Assembly: GCF_009914755.1 (NCBI RefSeq)
Contig: NC_060934.1
Reading direction: 5' to 3' (one strand)
Origin: the human T2T-CHM13v2.0 reference genome, Homo sapiens
DNA: 64,000 nucleotides
Made by a program: the position numbers and the translations under genes
Part shown: positions 50,951 to 64,000 of the stretch, one piece after another
Numbering within the stretch: position 1 is the first letter of the stretch
How the letters are laid out: each line of letters opens with the position of its first letter
The notes under the pieces: generated by a model
Databases searched by the model: none
What the model was told of the DNA's origin: nothing
What the model saw: the letters and a program-made list of their open reading frames with translations, nothing else

Positions 50951-51504
50951 TGAGGTATCGGCTAAGTTAGCCAGTGAACAGGGTCTGCCATACCAAGTCT
51001 CCGCAGCAGAGCCAAGACTCCAGCCCAGGTCTTCTGATCCCAAGGTCAGGGCTCTGTGCCCTCATTCTGGTTGGGAAAGTCACAAGAGACTGGGCTTGAC
51101 AACCCCTCCCACCCACCCTCCAATGAAGCCAAGGTCAGCTGCCTCTCAGTTTGTGTTTGTTGCTTCTCACATTACAAGAGCCTGGAGCTGCAGCCAGGGA
51201 CCTCACCTTGCACTGGGATCTCAGGGCACCACTGAAAGTTTGACCAGTGCACATGTCATGCTTGGAAAACCTTAGCCACCAGAAAGAGAGGCTGTGCCCA
51301 CGCCCTTCATCCTGGGGCTCAGGGCGGGTTATCAACCTCCACTGGGCTTTTAAAGTGTGGTTTTCACAGAATCCTGAAATGCATGCCAGGAAAGGACACA
51401 CGGTGAGCCAACTAGCAAGAGTGAGAGGCGTTTTGCCACCTGGAGTAAGAGTCAGGCTGACAATTTGAGGAGGAGAAAAAGTGAGGAGGAAAAGGCAGTA
51501 GAAC

Positions 51505-51824
51505 AATTTTTATTTTCAATTTATTTCATTTTATTTTATTTTTTAGAGATAGGATCTCACTCTGTCATCCAGGCTGGAGTGCAGTGACACAGTCATGGCT
51601 CACTGCAGCCTCAAACTCCTGGGCTCAAGTGATCTTCCCACCTCAGCCTCTGAGTAACTGGGACTATAGGCATGTACCACGCCTAGCAATTTTTTTTTTC
51701 TTTTTGTAGAGATAGGGTCTCACCATGTTGCCCAGGCTGGTCTTGAACTCCTGGGCTCAAACAATCCTTCCTCCTCAGCCTCCCAAAGCACTGGGATTAC
51801 AGGCATGAGCCATGACTCCTGGCC
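51505..51824 (-). mobile_element. Alu (AluJ-type)
   Basis: reverse Alu. Confidence 0.9.
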
Positions 51825-52340
51825 ACAGTTTTGATGTTTAAAGCCCATTTCTCTGTAAGAGAGCCATGAGCTCACCTCACTGCTAAGCAGTCACGTGCAG
51901 GGCAGGAATGCCACTGACCTGTCTGCAGTGAGATGTGTGCTCCAGTGTTGATTGTGCTCTTTGGAGATAGGTGGTGCTAACAGTCCCTTGAGTGGCACAT
52001 GCATTATCCCTTCCACTCTTAGCACAGCCCTGCCAGTATCCAGAAGGGCCAGGGGCTTGAGCTGGGGCAAAGGGAGGAGGGCCTGGAGGATGAGGAATGA
52101 AAGAGACCAACTCCTTGACACCACCTCTCTCTGCCTACAGGCTTCTCCCAGTTGAACTTTCAAAGGGCTAAGTGTCCTGGGTTTCCGTTTGCCCCTTTGC
52201 CCCTGGTTTGACAGCCAAGGGGGTTTCCCCCTGTGACACAGCAGTGGGGAGGGACAACATCCACTGGGTTTGGGGAGGAGTGAACTGGAAGTGTCCGTGA
52301 AGGAGCTCCTGACGGTCGGGCTCTGTCCCTGCCCTCACAG

Positions 52341-52482
52341 TGCCTTTCCTTGACAATCATACACGAGGTGTGCCTCTGGCAAGGCTGGTGGCCCATCGAG
52401 AACAAGATCACTGGTTCTGCCCGCATCTGCCGTGCCTCTGACCGAAAGAGCACGATGGAGACCATGCTCCAGTATTGCAAAG
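52341..52482 (+). pseudogene. SVIL pseudo-exon ...[21 protein letters not shown]...LQYCK; indel at 5' end and donor GT>AT
   Basis: cacag|TGCCTTTCCTTGACAATCATACACGAG is out of register with ALFLVDNHHE; ends TGCAAAG|atgagg. Confidence 0.88.
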
Positions 52483-53330
52483 ATGAGGCCTCGCCAGCAG
52501 CTCCCCGGAGCCCTAGACCCTTTTTCCCTTTCTGCATGGGTCAGCCAGTGTCTATAAAGCCTGGCAGATGATAATGAAACCCATTTTTTCCCCTTTAACT
52601 TTTTGAGATATATTAATTTTTAGATTAGTGCATTCTCAGCTGCCAGCATGAAGAAGAACTAGTTTTTCTCTCTGATATTATGAGGCCATCTAACTTGTTA
52701 CCCTCAAGGATAAAGGCTGTATTGTGGAATGCCCCAGGCAGATTAAAACCCTGTTGTACTCGGGGTTGATTACACTGAGAGACAAGTTGGTCTCTGCCAT
52801 GTACATTATCTGCAAGCTCTACCATGCTGTTGGAGAATGGAAGTTTCCCCCAAATGGTGAATGGCCATTGCCAACCTTTTTATTATTTATTATTATTTTT
52901 AGTATTATATCCTAAAAGAAAGACCCATATTAAGTTTGTAGTTTTTCGTATACCATCCGCATGAAATTTCTGGTCTTTTATGTAAAGTGAAAATACCAGT
53001 AATTAATATCTTATCACATTTTTATGTTTTCATTGATACAATTAGTTTAATATCACTGAGTATGTGCAATTGATTATCTTCCTGAAAAACTCTTTAGCAA
53101 TAAATAACATATGAAACCTTCCACCCAATGTTATAGTGAATGTGGATGTATAAGATGCTGTCGTTTGCTGTCAGTCATATTGGAGTTAATCCCATGGTAG
53201 GAAGGCAGACAGATGACTCTACAGGTGAATTCAGGAGGAAGAAAATGCTCCACCCAGAAGCTGCAGACAGAGCCTCTCTCTCCCTTCCAGGAATACACAG
53301 CGTTTTGTTAGGTTCAAGAAGTATAGACTC

Positions 53331-53686
<356 letters not shown>

Positions 53687-53879
53687 TCACTATTGTAGTC
53701 ACAGGCATGAAACTAACATCTTATATAAACATTATCCATGTGTTGTTATGAACTACTCGTAACTTGCATTTTAAGCATGAAGTCATGAGTTCTGGCAAAG
53801 AAGAAAAGATTTCAAGGGAAATCAGCGAAAGACAGTGTCTCCCTTGGGTCTACTGACATTGCATTCTGTGTAACTACAG

Positions 53880-54005
53880 GAAAAAACTCTCAAGAAGCCA
53901 GTCCCCAAGTCTTACCTTATCCATGCTGGTCTGGAGCCCCTAACATTCACCAATATGTTTCCTAGCTGGGAGCACAGAGACGACACTGCTGAGATCACAG
54001 AGATG
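53880..54005 (+). pseudogene. SVIL pseudo-exon GKN(+1)[39 protein letters not shown]
   Basis: tacag|GAAAAAACTCTCAAG has one extra base relative to GKNLK; ends GAGATG|gtgag. Confidence 0.9.
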
Positions 54006-54739
54006 GTGAGCACGCTTTCCTGCCATATGAAGGTGGCTCCTGTGCCTTTTGGATTGTGGGTTGACTTTACTTTGGGGAGAGCATCCAATTGCACTTTCCA
54101 AGTGGGAAAATATTTATTTTGCAACATGATAACATGTCATAGAATTCACTTAGTAAGAAGAGAAGTCGAATGGGAAATCAATTGAACTATTTTAGTAATT
54201 TTCTACACAGTATACCCAAATTTAAAAAACTTAAAAGCAAAGGTGAGTTGAATCATGCTGAGGGCTGTATGTGTACATAAAAGCTGCGAACTCTTCATTC
54301 TCTTTGCTAAGAACCTGTTGCTTGGCATTGCTTGTCTCTCAGTGTCCATGTGACACACAACCAAACCCTCATGTTTCAGACGTTAACCTTGTGTAGAGGA
54401 GACACAAATGAAATCTGATGAATTAGTATGTTCAGAAAACTGAATGAATGGAGGTGCTGCGACTCCCTTATGATAAGGGATCACTCAACATCTCATTAAT
54501 ATTGTCTTTTATGAGACCACCTGGTATTTCTGCATGAGGCATTTATCATAACTTCTATCTACCAAAATATATTGTTATCCAGAATGTTTTCCAACCACAC
54601 AGAAAAGAAGTTTCCTATAACGATGTTGAATTTCTTATATATGAGCTATTAACATTGCTAGGAATAGCAGTTCCAAGGATTTATTTTGGTTTGATGGGAG
54701 ATGGGGTTTTTCTGTTTTGATTTTTTTTTACCATGTAAG

Positions 54740-55422
<683 letters not shown>

Positions 55423-55622
55423 GAAGGATGTAACGCACCATCCTCTCTGTGTATTCACTATAGATCCTGGGGGTTGGCAGCAGGGCCATTTACTGTTGTG
55501 CAGGCCTGTGGAATTCCAGCCAGAGAAGAGTCAGGCTTCCCACACCAGCAAGTTATACAAATAATTAACATTCACCAAGTGCTGATTCTGCATTAGGCAC
55601 AGCTCCAAGCACTTTACACTGA

Positions 55623-56123
<501 letters not shown>

Positions 56124-56361
56124 TAGTTCCCCCATATATTTGTGATTTGGGCAACAGCTCTTAGTCATGCATTCCCATCATCCATCCACCCAAAATGAGA
56201 GAAGCCAATCTGGGATCCCAAGTTTAATGGAGGAAGATAATTTACCCAGAATAGCTTGTTCAGATTAAATGCACACAGTGGTTGAAAAGCAAACTTGATT
56301 CTGCTCCAAAATATTCTGGATGCACTTTCTGACCTTCTTTTTCTATTGTGGATTAAGAAGG

Positions 56362-56620
56362 TGCCAAGGCGGGCAGATCACGAGGTCAGGAGATCGAGAC
56401 CATCCTGGCTAACACGGTGAAACCCTGTCTCTACTAAAATACAAAAAATTAGCCAGGCATGGTGGTGGGCACCTGTAGTCCCAGCTACTCAGGAGGCTGA
56501 GACAGGGGAATCGCTTGAACCTGGGAGGCAGAGATTGCCGAGATCATGCCACTGCACTCCAGCCTGGTGACAGAGCGAGACTCTGTCTCAAAACAAAGAA
56601 AAAAAAAAAAGAAAAAAAGA
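56362..56620 (+). mobile_element. 5'-truncated Alu
   Basis: Alu consensus starting inside the left arm. Confidence 0.9.
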
Positions 56621-56859
56621 AATGAGGCCGGGGAGGGGAGGAGGGTGTGATTTCTTTTCAGTTTAATTATTTTAAAAATATTTTTAAACAAATTCCATTA
56701 TTTGGAGGTCTCTGGTGTTTAGACTTAAAGTCTACTAATCTTAGTTTGTAATTCACTCATGGGAAAGTCCCTAAACATTTTTCCAGAGGCGGTTCTGAGA
56801 CAAGATTTGTTTGAAACTCTGTGATAAGATGAGAAAACATCTAAAAGTCAGAGAAACAA

Positions 56860-57208
56860 GACTCCATCTCTACAAAATATTTAAAAAGTGTATTAGGCAG
56901 GCATGGTGGCATGCACCTGCAGGCCCAGCTACTCAGGAGGCTGAGGTGGGAGGATCACTTGAGCCTAGGAGTTCAAGGCTATGATTGCACCACTGCACTC
57001 CAGCCTGGTGACAGAACGAGACACTGCCTCTAAAAAAATAAAATAAAATAAAATGGGGCCAAATGCAGTGGTTCACACCTGTAATCCCAGTGCATTGTCA
57101 GGCTGAGGAGGGAGGATCAGTTGAGGCCAAGAATTTGAGACCAGCCGGGGCAACAGAGCAAGACCTGATAAGAAAAAAGAAAAAAGAAGAAAGAAAGAAA
57201 GAAAGGAA

Positions 57209-57258
<50 letters not shown>

Positions 57259-57329
57259 AAAGAAAGAAAGAAAGAAAGAAAGAAAGGAAAGAAAGAAAGA
57301 AAGAAGGAAGGAAGGAAGGAAGGAGAGAG

Positions 57330-57360
<31 letters not shown>

Positions 57361-57692
57361 GCTAGACAAGAAAGAGAGAGAAAGAAAAGAAGAAAGGAAG
57401 AAAGAAAGAAAAAGAAAGAAAGAAAGAAAGAAAGGAAGGAAGGAAGGAAGGAAGGAAAGAAGGAGGAAAGGAAGGAAGGAGGGAGGGAGAGAAGGAAGGA
57501 AGGAAGGAAGGAAGGAAGGAAGGAAGGAAGGAAGGATGGATGGATTAGCCGGACATGGTGATGCACACGTGTAGTCCCAGCTACTTGGGAGGCTAAGGCA
57601 GGAGGACTGCTTGAGCCCAGGAGTTCAAGGCTGCAGTGAGCTATGATAGTCCCACTGAACTCCAGCCTGAATAACAGAGACCTTGTCTCCAA
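56860..57692 (+). mobile_element. Partial Alu (about 56860-57052) followed by an AluJ whose central linker holds a ~370-bp purine microsatellite
   Basis: left arm about 57057-57170, (GAAA)/(GGAA) tract about 57175-57543, right arm about 57544-57692. Confidence 0.88.
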
Positions 57693-57876
57693 ACTATATT
57701 TTTTTATTTCAAATTTAAAAATTAAAAAAATTAAAAGTCGAGACAACTGCAGGGCTTTGGGCAATCCCTTATCTTTCAGAGCCGTTTCCTCCTTAGTGAC
57801 ATGGAGCTATGTGTCCTCAGGCTGTGTGCAGATGGCACAGGGCTGTGTGTTTGCAAGCACTTAATAGAACGAGTTC

Positions 57877-58140
57877 AACAATTAGAACACTTGGACACAG
57901 GAAGGGGAACGTCACACACCAGGGCTTGTTGTGGGGTGGGCGGAGGGGGAAAGGATAGCATTAGGAGATATACCTAATGTAAATGACGAGTTACTGGGTG
58001 CAGCACACCAACATGGCACATGTATACATATGTAACAAACCTGCACGTTGTGCACATGTACCCTAGAACTTAAAGTATAATAAAAAATAAAATAAAATAA
58101 TAAAATAAAAATATTATTTCCTGCAGTCAAAAAAAAAAAA
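57877..58140 (+). mobile_element. 5'-truncated primate L1PA 3' end with two A tails
   Basis: L1PA 3' UTR (...GCACATGTACCCTAGAACTTAAAGTATAATAAAA); GAGTTCAA at 57871-57878 and 58142-58149. Confidence 0.93.
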
Positions 58141-58193
58141 GGAGTTCAAACTTAGGACATGAGCTGTCCTCTCTGCCCCCTCCTCTTTTCTAG

Positions 58194-59420
<1,227 letters not shown>

Positions 59421-59588
59421 CAATTAATTTATTAGTTCAAATTAAATTAAATTCCAAGCATGTTCCTTTCTGGAAATCTTTTTTTTTGGTAAATGTTAAC
59501 CTAGCACCAATATTGTATCATTAAATATTAATGGCTATATATTTGAATTTCGTTTAGGGCAAGATTTTATACAAGTTCATAAGATTAA

Positions 59589-59996
<408 letters not shown>

Positions 59997-61589
59997 TCAA
60001 CAGAAGTTCTTTACCCCACAACTCTGTCTACATTTCAATTTCAAGATCTCAGTGCCTTAAAAAAAAAAAGGATGCAGATAAGACATCTAGAAAACTTAAA
60101 AATGAGTTAGAAAACTCCTCACAAGAGTATATGTTCTTAAAATACGAATTCATGGGTTTGAAGGTATTCCGTAGACCTATTATGAGTTGTTACAGCCCTT
60201 CCCTATTCCCTGTTAGCCTAAGTTTAACACATTCCGTCACAGCCCATTTGCCTGAAACTTCAGAACTTACGTGCCCCACCCTTTCACTGCACCAGGGTGG
60301 GGACCTGTAACCTGCTCCTGGTCTCACCACTTTATGATTGTGTAATACTGGGCTGTCACTGAACTTCTCTGCCATGACTTCCTTTAAAAAGGAGACACTC
60401 CTAGCTATCTCGCCTACATCACAAAATTCCAAGCAAGGATCTAGCAGAAGCTGTTTGAAAAATGCGAAGTGCTAGATACCTGCTGGTATTAAGATCATTG
60501 TGTTGGTAGCTGAAATAGGAAAGCAGGGGGGTTAAATTAGGGAATGTTGTCACACACCTAGAAATGATGGATTAAACAAAGCAAGGAGAGGAAAAAGGAG
60601 AGAGAGAGGTTCAAAGTCTATGTCCCATAGATAGCACGAAAAGTGGCGTGGAGAAAAGTCACTAGGGCAACCTGAGTGTCTGAAAGAGAGAGGCAGGGTT
60701 GCAACCTCTGCAGCAGGTTCCAGATACCACCTGGATCCTTAGATACCCAGGAAGGAGCTCCAGTTGCTACAGGAACTTCCAGTGGAGAGCCGCTGTAATG
60801 AATAAATAAGACAGGTGTCCTCATTAATATTCATTAACACCAGATTTTCCCAAAGTGCTTAAAAATCATGAATATCTACTTGTATTAAACACTGTCCCCC
60901 CAAAATGTGCTGTCCGTTTGCTTCTCACCTCTTGTTGAATAAGACTCCCCAGCTTGGAGAGCCAGTTTACTTATTGCCTCTTTTCCTCTGAATTGTTTCC
61001 TGTGTCTCCTTCCTGCTTATAGAACCAGATCCTATTTTCCATGTTTTTTTCTGATCCTTTTCCTTCCATAACTGCAACCTTTGACCTTTGCACACTGGGA
61101 AGGGACCTAGCTGAAACACTTGAATTGCTAAACCTTAAAGTCTCAGCCCATAAATTGACACTGGTGCTTGGGGGTTTTCTCCACAGTCGTCCAAACTCAA
61201 ACCCCCGCTCTCACTAAATGCATCAGGGGCAGGGAAGTGGGATGTCCTGAATTTGCTGTCCTTGAACTAAGGAACTCGTGAGAGGGGTGGGTGTTTGGGT
61301 TGAGATGGATATCAGAGGTGCCGCAGGGCAGACAGGATGTTGAGCGTGTTCCGCAGCTTTGGATGAACTGTGCGAATATGAGCCACTTCCAGAGTGGGAC
61401 AACCCTGCCTCTTTGTTCCCAAATCCGAGGAGGGGAAAGGCTGCTGCGAGCCCACTTCTTTCTCTCCTATTTTACATTTCCTGCCTCATTCTTAGAATTC
61501 CCATTTTGGTAAAAGGAAACGTATTCCAGAAACAGTTCCAGAATTCATTTTGGTCCTTTTGTTCTGTTTTTTTTAATTATAAAATTAGC

Positions 61590-62420
61590 CGTGTGTGTCC
61601 ACACAGAGACTTGGACACAGATGTTCATAGCGGCATTATTCGTAATAGCCCAGACCTGTAAACAACCCACATGACCGTCAACTGAGAAACAGAAAAACAA
61701 AATGCAGGACCTCCAGGCGATGGGGTCCTCCCCGACAGCAAAGGGACAGATATTCCTGCGTATACATGACGTACACCTGATACTCACTACAATATGCATA
61801 CGCCTCAAAAGCATTAAGTGAAAGAAGCCAGGTGCAAAAGGCCACATATTGTTTGATTCTTTTTACATGAAACTTCCTGAAAAGTCAAATCTGTGCACAC
61901 AGCAAGATCAGTGGTTGCTGGGGTTGGAGATGGGAGTGGAGGTTGACTGCAAATGGCATGAATGATCTTTTTGGGGCGATGGAAATGTTTTAAAACTGGC
62001 TTGTGGTGATGGTTGCACAACTCTATGAAGGATTAAAACTTATGCTGGGCGCGGTGGCTCACTCCTGTAATTCCAGCACTTTAGGAGGCCACAGCAGGGG
62101 GATCCCTTGAGCTCAGGAGTTCAAGGCCAGCCTGGGGAACACAGAGAGACCCCATCTCTACAAAAAAAAATTTTAAATTAGTCAGGCATGGAGGTTCACA
62201 CCTGTAATCCCAGCTACTAAGGAGGCTTAGGCAGGAGGATCACTTGAGCACCAGAGCTCTAGGCTGCAGTGAGCTATGATCAAGTCACTGCACTCCAGCC
62301 TGGGCAACAAAGTGAGACCCTATCTCCAAAAAAGAAAAAAAATAATAAAAAAACTTATTCAACTACATGAGTGTATTTTATGGCATATACATATTATACC
62401 TCAAGAAAGCAACTTTAAAA
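61590..62420 (+). mobile_element. Old L1M 3' fragment interrupted by an AluJ (about 62044-62350)
   Basis: L1M 3' UTR motifs; AAAACTTAT repeated on both sides of the Alu. Confidence 0.8.
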
Positions 62421-62607
62421 AGTAGTAACACCTGCTCTATGTAAAAAATGCAAACATTACAAGGATATATAATCTAGAAATTGAAAATCATAGATAATCA
62501 CACTTCCCAAATACAAGTACTTTAATAATCTGGTTTATATTCTTCTAGAGTTGTCTTTACATCTACTAACATAAATGTGTATGCTTGCCTTTTTTTAAAG
62601 AAAACTT

Positions 62608-63124
<517 letters not shown>

Positions 63125-63215
63125 CTAGTCCTTGGATGTTTGCTTATGTGTGTGTGAGGCTTTGAAATCCCAGGAGGCACGTGGTGAAGACCTAAACTGA
63201 GGATTGCTCAGGGTA

Positions 63216-63760
63216 GCGGTCTCCAACTTTTTTGGCACTAAGGACGGATTTCATGGAAGGCAATCTTATCATGGATGGGCAGCAGGTGGGGGATGGTTTC
63301 AGGATGATTTAAGCGCATTACATTTACTGTGCACTTTATTTCTATTATTACTACATTGTAATATACAATGAGATAATTATACAACTCACCATAATGTAGA
63401 ATCAGTGAGAGTCTTGAGCTTGTTTTCCTGCAACCAGACAGTCCCGTCTGGGGGATGATGAGAGACAGTGATAGATCATCAGGCATGGGATTCTCATAAG
63501 GAACCTGCAGCCTAGATCCCTCACATGCGCAGTTTACAATACAGTTTGTGCTCCTATGAGAATCTCCTAATCTCCTTTGCTGGGGTGGATCTGACAGGAG
63601 GCAGAGCTAAGGTAGTAATGCAACTGATGAGGAGCCGGCCACTGTGAATACAGATGAAGCTTCCTTCTCTGGCTCACCGCTCACTTCCTGCCACACAGCC
63701 CGGTTCCTAACAGGCCGCAGACCAATACTGCTGGTCTGTGGCCCAGGGATTGGGGATTTT
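63216..63760 (+). mobile_element. MER1A-like hAT DNA transposon relic
   Basis: GGTCTCCAACTTTTTTGGCAC...GCATTACATTTACTGTGCACTTTATTTCTATTATTAC...GGCCCAGGGATTGGGGA. Confidence 0.85.
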
Positions 63761-64000
63761 TGGCCCAGGGCCCCTACCCCACCATCCTCAGCCATCCCTC
63801 ATTCCTCCCTGAGGGTAGGCACAATCAAGCCATGGCCCAGAGAGAGACTTTGGCATTCATTTTCACAGGTCTTTCTTGAGCTCAGATCCAGAATAAAGCA
63901 CACATGTTTCAAAACAGGCCTCTGTGCAAATCCTTTCTGAACTAATGTAGCCACTAGTAATGGGGGACAATTACCAAGAAGTCAATAAAGAGTACCAGTG

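Noticed and set aside
50697-51275. 192-aa ORF
   Set aside because: Non-ATG start, overlaps an LTR relic, no recognisable domain.
57063-57764. 100-215-aa ORFs on both strands
   Set aside because: Alu plus GAAA/GGAA microsatellite translation.

Overview
Human (primate) genomic DNA, rich in Alu, L1 and DNA-transposon relics. A young AluYa5 points specifically to human. The window holds an unprocessed, intron-containing pseudogene of supervillin on the + strand, most likely SVIL2P/SVILP1 in the 10p11 segmental duplication. I could trace 21 SVIL-derived exons from about 4.6 kb to the 3' UTR at about 59.4 kb, including two small cassette exons. Compared with the SVIL protein as I recall it, the copy lacks the N-terminal coding block and a block of gelsolin-repeat exons. 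It also carries four frameshifts, one in-frame stop and three destroyed splice donors. Two spliceable open frames survive: about 276 codons of gelsolin repeats and a 97-codon headpiece ORF ending at the native stop. No intact protein-coding gene, RNA gene or CRISPR-like system is evident. All SVIL comparisons are from memory rather than alignment, and repeat boundaries are approximate.
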